From the NCBI RefSeq assembly GCF_009914755.1, contig NC_060936.1: a stretch of 64,000 bases of DNA; one strand, 5' to 3'. Each line of letters opens with the position of its first letter. The stretch's first letter is position 1. The position numbers and the translations under genes are program-made. Origin of the DNA: the human T2T-CHM13v2.0 reference genome, Homo sapiens. This document shows positions 1-13,800 of the stretch, piece by piece. The notes under the pieces are model-generated. The model was not told the origin of the DNA, ran no database searches, and saw only the letters and a list, made by a program, of their open reading frames with translations.

Positions 1-231
1 GAACGCACACATCACAAAGTAGTTTCTGAGAATGATTCTGTCTAGTTTTTATACGAAGATATTTCCTTTTCTACATTTGGCCTAAAAGCGCTTGAAATCT
101 CCACCTGCAAATATCACAAAAAGAGGGTTTCACATCTGCTCTGTCTGAAGGACAGTTCACCTCTGTGAGTTGAATAGAGGCAACACAAAGAACTTACTCA
201 GTATTCTTCTTTCTAGCGTTCTATGAAGAAA

Positions 232-248
232 TCCCGTTTCCAACGAAG
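232..248 (-). promoter_or_regulatory. CENP-B box (dimer A); recurs at HOR offset 232 in every HOR
   Basis: tcccgtttccaacgaag is the reverse complement of CTTCGTTGGAAACGGGA, the canonical 17-bp CENP-B box. Confidence 0.97.
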
Positions 249-571
249 GCCCCAAAGAGGTCCAAATATCTGCTTGCAGACTTTACAGACAGAGTGTTTC
301 CAAACTACTCTATGAAAAGAAAGCTTAAACTCCTTGAGTTGAACGCACACATCACAAAGTAGTTTCTGAGAATGATTCTGTCTAGTTTTTATACGAAGAT
401 GTTTCCTTTTCTACATTTGGTCTCAAAGCGATTGAAATCTCCAACTGGAAACTGCACAAATAGGGTGTTTCAAATCTGCTCTGTCTAAAGGAAGGTTCAA
501 CTCTGTGAGTTGAATACACACACCACAAATAAGTTACTGAGAATTCTTCTGTCGAACATTACATGAAGAAA

Positions 572-588
572 TCCCGTTTCCAACGAAG
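572..588 (-). promoter_or_regulatory. CENP-B box (dimer B); intact here but core-mutated in about 20 of 47 HORs
   Basis: Perfect match to the CENP-B box complement. Mutated copies are listed in the findings. Confidence 0.97.
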
Positions 589-742
589 GCCTCAAAGACG
601 TCCAAATATCCACTTGCAGACATTACAAACAGAGTGTTTCCAAACTGCTCCATCAAAAGAAAGGTTAAACTCTGTGAGCTGAACACACACATCAAAAAGA
701 AGTTTCTGTGAATGATTCTGTCTAGATTTTATAAGAAGATGT

Positions 743-759
743 TTCCTTTTCTACCGTAG
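743..759 (+). promoter_or_regulatory. pJalpha-box-like motif of the non-CENP-B monomer (best match in dimer C)
   Basis: ttccttttctaccgtag has one mismatch to the pJalpha motif as I recall it (TTCCTTTTYCACCRTAG). It sits at the position equivalent to the CENP-B box in alternate monomers. The copies in dimers A, B and D are more diverged. Confidence 0.65.
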
Positions 760-910
760 GCCTCAAAGCGCTTGAAATCTCCAGCTGCAAATTCCACAAA
801 AAGGGTGTTTAACATCTGCTCTTCTAAAGGAAAGTTCAACTCTATGAGTTGAATACACACAGCACAAAGAAGTTACTGAGACTTCTCCTATCAAACATTA
901 TATGAAGAAA

Positions 911-927
911 TCCCGTTTCCAACGAAG
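911..927 (-). promoter_or_regulatory. CENP-B box (dimer C)
   Basis: Perfect match to the CENP-B box complement. Confidence 0.97.
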
Positions 928-1250
928 GCCTCAAAGAGGTCCAAATATCTGCTTGCAGACTTTACAGACAGAGTGTTTCCAAACTGCTCCATCAAAAGAA
1001 AGGTTAACCTCCTTGAGTTGAACACACACATCACAAAGTAGTTTCTGTGAATGATTCTGTCTAGTTTTTATACGAAGATGTTTCCTTTTCTACCTTTGGT
1101 CTAAAAGCGATTGAAATCTCCACATGGAAACTCCACAAAAAGAGTGTTTCAAATCTGCTCTTTCTGAAGGAAGGTTCATCTCTGTGAGTTGAATACACAC
1201 ACCACAAATAAGTTACTGAGAATTCTTCTGTGTAACATTATATGAGGAAA

Positions 1251-1267
1251 TCCCGTTTCCAACGAAG
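1251..1267 (-). promoter_or_regulatory. CENP-B box (dimer D)
   Basis: Perfect match to the CENP-B box complement. Confidence 0.97.
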
Positions 1268-4200
1268 GCCTCAAAGAGGTCCAAATATCCACTTTCAGAC
1301 TTTACAAAGACAGTGTCTCCAAACTCCTCCATCAAAAGAAAGGTTATACTCTGTGAATTGAACGCACACATCACAAAGTAGTTTCTGAGAATGATTCTGT
1401 CTAGTTTTTATACGAAGATATTTCCTTTTCTACATTTGGCCTAAAAGCGCTTGAAATCTCCACCTGCAAATATCACAAAAAGAGGGTTTCACATCTGCTC
1501 TGTCTGAAGGACAGTTCACCTCTGTGAGTTGAATAGAGGCAACACAAAGAACTTACTCAGTATTCTTCTTTCTAGCGTTCTATGAAGAAATCCCGTTTCC
1601 AACGAAGGCCCCAAAGAGGTCCAAATATCTGCTTGCAGACTTTACAGACAGAGTGTTTCCAAACTACTCTATGAAAAGAAAGCTTAAACTCCTTGAGTTG
1701 AACGCACACATCACAAAGTAGTTTCTGAGAATGATTCTGTCTAGTTTTTATACGAAGATGTTTCCTTTTCTACATTTGGTCTCAAAGCGATTGAAATCTC
1801 CAACTGGAAACTGCACAAATAGGGTGTTTCAAATCTGCTCTGTCTAAAGGAAGGTTCAACTCTGTGAGTTGAATACACACACCACAAATAAGTTACTGAG
1901 AATTCTTCTGTCGAACATTACATGAAGAAATCCCGTTTCCAACGAAGGCCTCAAAGACGTCCAAATATCCACTTGCAGACATTACAAACAGAGTGTTTCC
2001 AAACTGCTCCATCAAAAGAAAGGTTAAACTCTGTGAGCTGAACACACACATCAAAAAGAAGTTTCTGTGAATGATTCTGTCTAGATTTTATAAGAAGATG
2101 TTTCCTTTTCTACCGTAGGCCTCAAAGCGCTTGAAATCTCCAGCTGCAAATTCCACAAAAAGGGTGTTTAACATCTGCTCTTCTAAAGGAAAGTTCAACT
2201 CTATGAGTTGAATACACACAGCACAAAGAAGTTACTGAGACTTCTTCTGTCTAACATTATATGAAGAAATCCCGTTTCCAACGAAGGCCTCAAAGAGGTC
2301 CAAATATCTGCCTGCAGACTTAACAGACAGAGTGTTTCCAAACTGCTCCATCAAAAGAAAGGTTAAACTCCTTGAGTTGAACACACACATCACAAAGTAG
2401 TTTCTGTGAATGATTCTGTCTAGTTTTTATACGAAGATGTTTCCTTTTCTACCTTTGGTCTCAAAGCGATTGAAATCTCCACATGGAAACTCCACAAAAA
2501 GAGTGTTTCAAATCTGCTCTTTCTGAAGGAAGGTTCATCTCTGTGAGTTGAATACACACACCACAAATAAGTTACTGAGAATTCTTCTGTGTAACATTAT
2601 ATGAGGAAATCCCGTTTCCAACGAAGGCCTCAAAGAGGTCCAAATATCCACTTGCAGACTTTACAAAGACAGTGTCTCCAAACTCCTCCATCAAAAGAAA
2701 GGTTATACTCTGTGAATTGAACGCACACATCACAAAGTAGTTTCTGAGAATGATTCTGTCTAGTTTTTATACGAAGATATTTCCTTTTCTACATTTGGCC
2801 TAAAAGCGCTTGAAATCTCCACCTGCAAATATCACAAAAAGAGGGTTTCACATCTGCTCTGTCTGAAGGACAGTTCACCTCTGTGAGTTGAATAGAGGCA
2901 ACACAAAGAACTTACTCAGTATTCTTCTTTCTAGCGTTCTATGAAGAAATCCCGTTTCCAACGAAGGCCCCAAAGAGGTCCAAATATCTGCTTGCAGACT
3001 TTACAGACAGAGTGTTTCCAAACTACTCTATGAAAAGAAAGCTTAAACTCCTTGAGTTGAACGCACACATCACAAAGTAGTTTCTGAGAATGATTCTGTC
3101 TAGTTTTTATACGAAGATGTTTCCTTTTCTACATTTGGTCTCAAAGCGATTGAAATCTCCAACTGGAAACTGCACAAATAGGGTGTTTCAAATCTGCTCT
3201 GTCTAAAGGAAGGTTCAACTCTGTGAGTTGAATACACACACCACAAATAAGTTACTGAGAATTCTTCTGTCGAACATTACATGAAGAAATCCCGTTTCCA
3301 ACGAAGGCCTCAAAGACGTCCAAATATCCACTTGCAGACATTACAAACAGAGTGTTTCCAAACTGCTCCATCAAAAGAAAGGTTAAACTCTGTGAGCTGA
3401 ACACACACATCAAAAAGAAGTTTCTGTGAATGATTCTGTCTAGATTTTATAAGAAGATGTTTCCTTTTCTACCGTAGGCCTCAAAGCGCTTGAAATCTCC
3501 AGCTGCAAATTCCACAAAAAGGGTGTTTAACATCTGCTCTTCTAAAGGAAAGTTCAACTCTATGAGTTGAATACACACAGCACAAAGAAGTTACTGAGAC
3601 TTCTTCTGTCTAACATTATATGAAGAAATCCCGTTTCCAACGAAGGCCTCAAAGAGGTCCAAATATCTGCCTGCAGACTTTACAGACAGAGTGTTTCCAA
3701 ACTGCTCCATCAAAAGAAAGGTTAAACTCCTTGAGTTGAACACACACATCACAAAGTAGTTTCTGTGAATGATTCTGTCTAGTTTTTATACGAAGATGTT
3801 TCCTTTTCTACCTTTGGTCTCAAAGCGATTGAAATCTCCACATGGAAACTCCACAAAAAGAGTGTTTCAAATCTGCTCTTTCTGAAGGAAGGTTCATCTC
3901 TGTGAGTTGAATACACACACCACAAATAAGTTACTGAGAATTCTTCTGTGTAACATTATATGAGGAAATCCCGTTTCCAACGAAGGCCTCAAAGAGGTCC
4001 AAATATCCACTTGCAGACTTTACAAAGACAGTGTCTCCAAACTCCTCCATCAAAAGAAAGGTTATACTCTGTGAATTGAACGCACACATCACAAAGTAGT
4101 TTCTCAGAATGATTCTGTCTAGTTTTTATACGAAGATATTTCCTTTTCTACATTTGGCCTAAAAGCGCTTGAAATCTCCACCTGCAAATATCACAAAAAG

Positions 4201-5436
4201 AGGGTTTCACATCTGCTCTGTCTAAAGGACAGTTCACCTCTGTGAGTTGAATAGAGGCAACACAAAGAACTTACTCAGTATTCTTCTTTCTAGCGTTCTA
4301 TGAAGAAATCCCGTTTCCAACGAAGGCCCTAAAGAGGTCCAAATATCTGCTTGCAGACTTTACAGACAGAGTGTTTCCAAACTACTCTATGAAAAGAAAG
4401 CTTAAACTCCTTGAGTTGAACGCACACATCACAAAGTAGTTTCTGAGAATGATTCTGTCTAGTTTTTATACGAAGATGTTTCCTTTTCTACATTTGGTCT
4501 CAAAGCGATTGAAATCTCCAACTGGAAACTGCACAAATAGGGTGTTTCAAATCTGCTCTGTCTAAAGGAAGGTTCAACTCTGTGAGTTGAATACACACAC
4601 CACAAATAAGTTACTGAGAATTCTTCTGTCGAACATTACTTGAAGAAATCCCGTTTCCAACGAAGGCCTCAAAGCGGTCCAAATATCCACTTGCAGACAT
4701 TACAAACAGAGTGTTTCCAAACTGCTCCATCAAAAGAAAGGTTAAACTCTGTGAGCTGAACACACACATCAAAAAGAAGTTTCTGTGAATGATTCTGTCT
4801 AGATTTTATAAGAAGATGTTTCCTTTTCTACCGTAGGCCTCAAAGCGCTTGAAATCTCCAGCTGCAAATTCCACAAAAAGGGTGTTTAACATCTGCTCTT
4901 CTAAAGGAAAGTTCAACTCTATGAGTTGAATACACACAGCACAAAGAAGTTACTGAGACTTCTTCTGTCTAACATTATATGAAGAAATCCCGTTTCCAAC
5001 GAAGGCCTCAAAGAGGTCCAAATATCTGCTTGCAGACTTTACAGACAGAGTGTTTCCAAACTGCTCCATCAAAAGAAAGGTTAAACTCCTTGAGTTGAAC
5101 ACACACATCACAAAGTAGTTTCTGTGAATGATTCTGTCTAGTTTTTATACGAAGATGTTTCCTTTTCTACCTTTGGTCTCAAAGCGATTGAAATCTCCAC
5201 ATGGAAACTCCACAAAAAGAGTGTTTCAAATCTGCTCTTTCTGAAGGAAGGTTCATCTCTGTGAGTTGAATACACACACCACAAATAAGTTACTGAGAAT
5301 TCTTCTGTGTAACATTATATGAGGAAATCCCGTTTCCAACGAAGGCCTCAAAGAGGTCCAAATATCCACTTGCAGACTTTACAAAGACAGTGTCTCCAAA
5401 CTCCTCCATCAAAAGAAAGGTTATACTCTGTGAATT

Positions 5437-6795
5437 GAACGCACACATCACAAAGTAGTTTCTGAGAATGATTCTGTCTAGTTTTTATACGAAGATATTT
5501 CCTTTTCTACATTTGGCCTAAAAGCGCTTGAAATCTCCACGTGCAAATGTCACAAAAAGAGGGTTTCACATCTGCTCTGTCTGAAGGACAGTTCACCTCT
5601 GTGAGTTGAATAGAGGCAACACAAAGAACTTACTCAGTATTCTTCTTTCTAGCGTTCTATGAAGAAATCCCGTTTCCAACGAAGGCCTCAAAGAGGTCCA
5701 AATATCTGCTTGCAGACTTAACAGACAGAGTGTTTCCAAACTACTCTATGAAAAGAAAGCTTAAACTCCTTGAGTTGAACGCACACATCACAAAGTAGTT
5801 TCTGAGAATGATTCTGTCTAGTTGTTATACGAAGATGTTTCCTTTTCTACATTTGGTCTCAAAGCGATTGAAATCTCCAACTGGAAACTGCACAAATAGG
5901 GTGTTTCAAATCTGCTCTGTCTAAAGGAAGGTTCAACTCTGTGAGTTGAATACACACACCACAAATAAGTTACTGAGAATTCTTCTGTCGAACACTACTT
6001 GAAGAAATCCCGTTTCCAACGAAGGCCTCAAAGAGGTCCAAATATCCACTTGCAGACATTACAAACAGAGTGTTTCCAAACTGCTCCATCAAAAGAAAGG
6101 TTAAACTCTGTGAGCTGAACACACACATCAAAAAGAAGTTTCTGTGAATGATTCTGTCTAGATTTTATAAGAAGATGTTTCCTTTTCTACCGTAGGCCTC
6201 AAAGCGCTTGAAATCTCCAGCTGCAAATTCCACAAAAAGGGTGTTTAACATCTGCTCTTCTAAAGGAAAGTTCAACTCTATGAGTTGAATACACACAGCA
6301 CAAAGAAGTTACTGAGACTTCTCCTATCAAACATTATATGAAGAAATCCCGTTTCCAACGAAGGCCTCAAAGAGGTCCAAATATCTGCTTGCAGACTTTA
6401 CAGACAGAGTGTTTCCAAACTGCTCCATCAAAAGAAAGGTTAAACTCCTTGAGTTGAACACACACATCACAAAGTAGTTTCTGTGAATGATTCTGTCTAG
6501 TTTTTATACGAAGATGTTTCCTTTTCTACATTTGGTCTCAAAGCGATTGAAATCTCCAACTGGAAACTGCACAAATAGGGTGTTTCAAATCTGCTCTGTC
6601 TAAAGGAAGGTTCAACTCTGTGAGTTGAATACACACACCACAAATAAGTTACTGAGAATTCTTCTTTCGAACACTACTTGAAGAAATCCCGTTTCCAACG
6701 AAGGCCTCAAAGAGGTCCAAATATCCACTTGCAGACATTACAAACAGAGTGTTTCCAAACTGCTCCATCAAAAGAAAGGTTATACTCTGTGAATT
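5437..6795 (-). repeat. Variant 8-mer HOR5 with a B-type tract in the D slot (A-B-C-[D/B/D])
   Basis: 6530-6762 carries B-diagnostic sequence (acatttgg, aactgg, gcacaaataggg, cgaacac, gacattacaaac) between D-type flanks. HOR length is unchanged. Confidence 0.9.
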
Positions 6796-9700
6796 GAACG
6801 CACACATCACAAAGTAGTTTCTGAGAATGATTCTGTCTAGTTTTTATACGAAGATATTTCCTTTTCTACATTTGGCCTAAAAGCGCTTGAAATCTCCACC
6901 TGCAAATATCACAAAAAGAGGGTTTCACATCTGCTCTGTCTAAAGGACAGTTCACCTCTGTGAGTTGAATAGAGGCAACACAAAGAACTTACTCAGTATT
7001 CTTCTTTCTAGCGTTCTATGAAGAAATCCCGTTTCCAACGAAGGCCCCAAAGAGGTCCAAATATCTGCTTGCAGACTTTACAGACAGAGTGTTTCCAAAC
7101 TACTCTATGAAAAGAAAGCTTAAACTCCTTGAGTTGAACGCACACATCACAAAGTAGTTTCTGAGAATGATTCTGTCTAGTTTTTATACGAAGATGTTTC
7201 CTTTTCTACGTTTGGTCTCAAAGCGATTGAAATCTCCAACTGGAAACTGCACAAATAGGGTGTTTCAAATCTGCTGTGTCTAAAGGAAGGTTCAACTCTG
7301 TGAGTTGAATACACACACCACAAATAAGTTACTGAGAATTCTTCTGTCGAACATTACTTGAAGAAATCCCGTTTCCAACGAAGGCCTCAAAGAGGTCCAA
7401 ATATCCACTTGCAGACATTACAAACAGATTGTTTCCAACCTGCTCCATCAAAAGAAAGGTTAAACTCTGTGAGCTGAACACACACATCAAAAAGAAGTTT
7501 CTGTGAATGATTCTGTCTAGATTTTATAAGAAGATGTTTCCTTTTCTACCGTAGGCCTCAAAGCGCTTGAAATCTCCAGCTGCAAATTCCACAAAAAGGG
7601 TGTTTAACATCTGCTCTTCTAAAGGAAAGTTCAACTCTATGAGTTGAATACACACAGCACAAAGAAGTTACTGAGACTTCTCCTATCAAACATTATATGA
7701 AGAAATCCCGTTTCCAACGAAGGCCTCAAAGAGGTCCAAATATCTGCTTGCAGACTTTACAGACAGAGTGTTTCCAAACTGCTCCATCAAAAGAAAGGTT
7801 AACCTCCTTGAGTTGAACACACACATCACAAAGTAGTTTCTGTGAATGATTCTGTCTAGTTTTTATACGAAGATGTTTCCTTTTCTACCTTTGGTCTCAA
7901 AGCGATTGAAATCTCCACATGGAAACTCCACAAAAAGAGTGTTTCAAATCTGCTCTTTCTGAAGGAAGGTTCATCTCTGTGAGTTGAATACACACACCAC
8001 AAATAAGTTACTGAGAATTCTTCTGTGTAACATTATATGAGGAAATCCCGTTTCCAACGAAGGCCTCAAAGAGGTCCAAATATCCACTTGCAGACTTTAC
8101 AAAGACAGTGTCTCCAAACTCCTCCATCAAAAGAAAGGTTATACTCTGTGAATTGAACGCACACATCACAAAGTAGTTTCTGAGAATGATTCTGTCTAGT
8201 TTTTATACGAAGATATTTCCTTTTCTACATTTGGCCTAAAAGCGCTTGAAATCTCCACCTGCAAATATCACAAAAAGAGGGTTTCACATCTGCTCTGTCT
8301 GAAGGACAGTTCACCTCTGTGAGTTGAATAGAGGCAACACAAAGAACTTACTCAGTATTCTTCTTTCTAGCGTTCTATGAAGAAATCCCGTTTCCAACGA
8401 AGGCCCCAAAGAGGTCCAAATATCTGCTTGCAGACTTTACAGACAGAGTGTTTCCAAACTACTCTATGAAAAGAAAGCTTAAACTCCTTGAGTTGAACGC
8501 ACACATCACAAAGTAGTTTCTGAGAATGATTCTGTCTAGTTTTTATACGAAGATGTTTCCTTTTCTACATTTGGTCTCAAAGCGATTGAAATCTCCAACT
8601 GGAAACTGCACAAATAGGGTGTTTCAAATCTGCTCTGTCTAAAGGAAGGTTCAACTCTGTGAGTTGAATACACACACCACAAATAAGTTACTGAGAATTC
8701 TTCTGTCGAACATTACATGAAGAAATCCCGTTTCCAACGAAGGCCTCAAAGACGTCCAAATATCCACTTGCAGACATTACAAAGAGAGTGTTTCCAAACT
8801 GCTCCATCAAAAGAAAGGTTAAACTCTGTGAGCTGAACACACACATCAAAAAGAAGTTTCTGTGAATGATTCTGTCTAGATTTTATAAGAAGATGTTTCC
8901 TTTTCTACCGTAGGCCTCAAAGCGCTTGAAATCTCCAGCTGCAAATTCCACAAAAAGGGTGTTTAACATCTGCTCTTCTAAAGGAAAGTTCAACTCTATG
9001 AGTTGAATACACACAGCACAAAGAAGTTACTGAGACTTCTTCTGTCTAACATTATATGAAGAAATCCCGTTTCCAACGAAGGCCTCAAAGAGGTCCAAAT
9101 ATCTGCCTGCAGACTTTACAGACAGAGTGTTTCCAAACTGCTCCATCAAAAGAAAGGTTAAACTCCTTGAGTTGAACACACACATCACAAAGTAGTTTCT
9201 GTGAATGATTCTGTCTAGTTTTTATACGAAGATGTTTCCTTTTCTACCTTTGGTCTCAAAGCGATTGAAATCTCCACATGGAAACTCCACAAAAAGAGTG
9301 TTTCAAATCTGCTCTTTCTGAAGGAAGGTTCATCTCTGTGAGTTGAATACACACACCACAAATAAGTTACTGAGAATTCTTCTGTGTAACATTATATGAG
9401 GAAATCCCGTTTCCAACGAAGGCCTCAAAGAGGTCCAAATATCCACTTGCAGACTTTACAAAGACAGTGTCTCCAAACTCCTCCATCAAAAGAAAGGTTA
9501 TACTCTGTGAATTGAACGCACACATCACAAAGTAGTTTCTGAGAATGATTCTGTCTAGTTTTTATACGAAGATATTTCCTTTTCTACATTTGGCCTAAAA
9601 GCGCTTGAAATCTCCACCTGCAAATATCACAAAAAGAGGGTTTCACATCTGCTCTGTCTGAAGGACAGTTCACCTCTGTGAGTTGAATAGAGGCAACACA

Positions 9701-10872
9701 AAGAACTTACTCAGTATTCTTCTTTCTAGCGTTCTATGAATAAATCCCGTTTCCAACGAAGGCCCCAAAGAGGTCCAAATATCTGCTTGCAGACTTTACA
9801 GACAGAGTGTTTCCAAACTACTCTATGAAAAGAAAGCTTAAACTCCTTGAGTTGAACGCACACATCACAAAGTAGTTTCTGAGAATGATTCTGTCTAGTT
9901 TTTATACGAAGATGTTTCCTTTTCTACATTTGGTCTCAAAGCGATTGAAATCTCCAACTGGAAACTGCACAAATAGGGTGTTTCAAATCTGCTCTGTCTA
10001 AAGGAAGGTTCAACTCTGTGAGTTGAATACACACACCACAAATAAGTTACTGAGAATTCTTCTGTCGAACATTACATGAAGAAATCCCGTTTCCAACGAA
10101 GGCCTCAAAGACGTCCAAATATCCACTTGCAGACATTACAAACAGAGTGTTTCCAAACTGCTCCATCAAAAGAAAGGTTAAACTCTGTGAGCTGAACACA
10201 CACATCAAAAAGAAGTTTCTGTGAATGATTCTGTCTAGATTTTATAAGAAGATGTTTCCTTTTCTACCGTAGGCCTCAAAGCGCTTGAAATCTCCAGCTG
10301 CAAATTCCACAAAAAGGGTGTTTAACATCTGCTCTTCTAAAGGAAAGTTCAACTCTATGAGTTGAATACACACAGCACAAAGAAGTTACTGAGACTTCTT
10401 CTGTCTAACATTATATGAAGAAATCCCGTTTCCAACGAAGGCCTCAAAGAGGTCCAAATATCTGCCTGCAGACTTTACAGACAGAGTGTTTCCAAACTGC
10501 TCCATCAAAAGAAAGGTTAAACTCCTTGAGTTGAACACACACATCACAAAGTAGTTTCTGTGAATGATTCTGTCTAGTTTTTATACGAAGATGTTTCCTT
10601 TTCTACCTTTGGTCTCAAAGCGATTGAAATCTCCACATGGAAACTCCACAAAAAGAGTGTTTCAAATCTGCTCTTTCTGAAGGAAGGTTCATCTCTGTGA
10701 GTTGAATACACACACCACAAATAAGTTACTGAGAATTCTTCTGTGTAACATTATATGAGGAAATCCCGTTTCCAACGAAGGCCTCAAAGAGGTCCAAATA
10801 TCCACTTGCAGACTTTACAAAGACAGTGTCTCCAAACTCCTCCATCAAAAGAAAGGTTATACTCTGTGAATT

Positions 10873-13800
10873 GAACGCACACATCACAAAGTAGTTTCTG
10901 AGAATGATTCTGTCTAGTTTTTATACGAAGATATTTCCTTTTCTACATTTGGCCTAAAAGCGCTTGAAATCTCCACCTGCAAATATCACAAAAAGAGGGT
11001 TTCACATCTGCTCTGTCTGAAGGACAGTTCACCTCTGTGAGTTGAATAGAGGCAACACAAAGAACTTACTCAGTATTCTTCTTTCTAGCGTTCTATGAAG
11101 AAATCCCGTTTCCAACGAAGGCCCCAAAGAGGTCCAAATATCTGCTTGCAGACTTTACAGACAGAGTGTTTCCAAACTACTCTATGAAAAGAAAGCTTAA
11201 ACTCCTTGAGTTGAACGCACACATCACAAAGTAGTTTCTGAGAATGATTCTGTCTAGTTTTTATACGAAGATGTTTCCTTTTCTACATTTGGTCTCAAAG
11301 CGATTGAAATCTCCAACTGGAAACTGCACAAATAGGGTGTTTCAAATCTGCTCTGTCTAAAGGAAGGTTCAACTCTGTGAGTTGAATACACACACCACAA
11401 ATAAGTTACTGAGAATTCTTCTGTCGAACATTACATGAAGAAATCCCGTTTCCAACGAAGGCCTCAAAGACGTCCAAATATCCACTTGCAGACATTACAA
11501 ACAGAGTGTTTCCAAACTGCTCCATCAAAAGAAAGGTTAAACTCTGTGAGCTGAACACACACATCAAAAAGAAGTTTCTGTGAATGATTCTGTCTAGATT
11601 TTATAAGAAGATGTTTCCTTTTCTACCGTAGGCCTCAAAGCGCTTGAAATCTCCAGCTGCAAATTCCACAAAAAGGGTGTTTAACATCTGCTCTTCTAAA
11701 GGAAAGTTCAACTCTATGAGTTGAATACACACAGCACAAAGAAGTTACTGAGACTTCTCCTATCAAACATTATATGAAGAAATCCCGTTTCCAACGAAGG
11801 CCTCAAAGAGGTCCAAATATCTGCTTGCAGACTTTACAGACAGAGTGTTTCCAAACTGCTCCATCAAAAGAAAGGTTAACCTCCTTGAGTTGAACACACA
11901 CATCACAAAGTAGTTTCTGTGAATGATTCTGTCTAGTTTTTATACGAAGATGTTTCCTTTTCTACCTTTGGTCTAAAAGCGATTGAAATCTCCACATGGA
12001 AACTCCACAAAAAGAGTGTTTCAAATCTGCTCTTTCTGAAGGAAGGTTCATCTCTGTGAGTTGAATACACACACCACAAATAAGTTACTGAGAATTCTTC
12101 TGTGTAACATTATATGAGGAAATCCCGTTTCCAACGAAGGCCTCAAAGAGGTCCAAATATCCACTTGCAGACTTTACAAAGACAGTGTCTCCAAACTCCT
12201 CCATCAAAAGAAAGGTTATACTCTGTGAATTGAACGCACACATCACAAAGTAGTTTCTGAGAATGATTCTGTCTAGTTTTTATACGAAGATATTTCCTTT
12301 TCTACATTTGGCCTAAAAGCGCTTGAAATCTCCACCTGCAAATATCACAAAAAGAGGGTTTCACATCTGCTCTGTCTGAAGGACAGTTCACCTCTGTGAG
12401 TTGAATAGAGGCAACACAAAGAACTTACTCAGTATTCTTCTTTCTAGCGTTCTATGAAGAAATCCCGTTTCCAACGAAGGCCCCAAAGAGGTCCAAATAT
12501 CTGCTTGCAGACTTTACAGACAGAGTGTTTCCAAACTACTCTATGAAAAGAAAGCTTAAACTCCTTGAGTTGAACGCACACATCACAAAGTAGTTTCTGA
12601 GAATGATTCTGTCTAGTTTTTATACGAAGATGTTTCCTTTTCTACATTTGGTCTCAAAGCGATTGAAATCTCCAACTGGAAACTGCACAAATAGGGTGTT
12701 TCAAATCTGCTCTGTCTAAAGGAAGGTTCAACTCTGTGAGTTGAATACACACACCACAAATAAGTTACTGAGAATTCTTCTGTCGAACATTACATGAAGA
12801 AATCCCGTTTCCAACGAAGGCCTCAAAGACGTCCAAATATCCACTTGCAGACATTACAAACAGAGTGTTTCCAAACTGCTCCATCAAAAGAAAGGTTAAA
12901 CTCTGTGAGCTGAACACACACATCAAAAAGAAGTTTCTGTGAATGATTCTGTCTAGATTTTATAAGAAGATGTTTCCTTTTCTACCGTAGGCCTCAAAGC
13001 GCTTGAAATCTCCAGCTGCAAATTCCACAAAAAGGGTGTTTAACATCTGCTCTTCTAAAGGAAAGTTCAACTCTATGAGTTGAATACACACAGCACAAAG
13101 AAGTTACTGAGACTTCTTCTGTCTAACATTATATGAAGAAATCCCGTTTCCAACGAAGGCCTCAAAGAGGTCCAAATATCTGCCTGCAGACTTTACAGAC
13201 AGAGTGTTTCCAAACTGCTCCATCAAAAGAAAGGTTAAACTCCTTGAGTTGAACACACACATCACAAAGTAGTTTCTGTGAATGATTCTGTCTAGTTTTT
13301 ATACGAAGATGTTTCCTTTTCTACCTTTGGTCTCAAAGCGATTGAAATCTCCACATGGAAACTCCACAAAAAGAGTGTTTCAAATCTGCTCTTTCTGAAG
13401 GAAGGTTCATCTCTGTGAGTTGAATACACACACCACAAATAAGTTACTGAGAATTCTTCTGTGTAACATTATATGAGGAAATCCCGTTTCCAACGAAGGC
13501 CTCAAAGAGGTCCAAATATCCACTTGCAGACTTTACAAAGACAGTGTCTCCAAACTCCTCCATCAAAAGAAAGGTTATACTCTGTGAATTGAACGCACAC
13601 ATCACAAAGTAGTTTCTGAGAATGATTCTGTCTAGTTTTTATACGAAGATATTTCCTTTTCTACATTTGGCCTAAAAGCGCTTGAAATCTCCACCTGCAA
13701 ATATCACAAAAAGAGGGTTTCACATCTGCTCTGTCTGAAGGACAGTTCACCTCTGTGAGTTGAATAGAGGCAACACAAAGAACTTACTCAGTATTCTTCT

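Larger units (their letters stand above)
1..1359 (-). repeat. D12Z3: Reference HOR unit (A 1-340, B 341-680, C 681-1019, D 1020-1359); probably human chr12 D12Z3
   Basis: Per HOR: one HindIII (321-326), one XbaI (721-726), one PvuII (782-787) and two EcoRI sites (541, 1220). An SF1 8-mer of ~1.36 kb cut once by HindIII and PvuII matches my recollection of D12Z3. D10Z1 is the main alternative, but I saw no RsaI (gtac) site. Not confirmed by alignment. Confidence 0.8.

Noticed and set aside
222-270. CRISPR-like array (conserved ~45-bp motif at regular spacing)
   Set aside because: The intervening sequences are ~300-bp homologous repeats, not unique spacers. There are no cas genes, and the motif is the CENP-B box.
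1-1359. Assignment to D10Z1 or other SF1 arrays (chr1/5/19, 3, 6, 7, 16)
   Set aside because: A dominant 8-mer with single HindIII and PvuII sites and no RsaI site seen fits D12Z3 better by recollection. An alignment is still needed to settle it.
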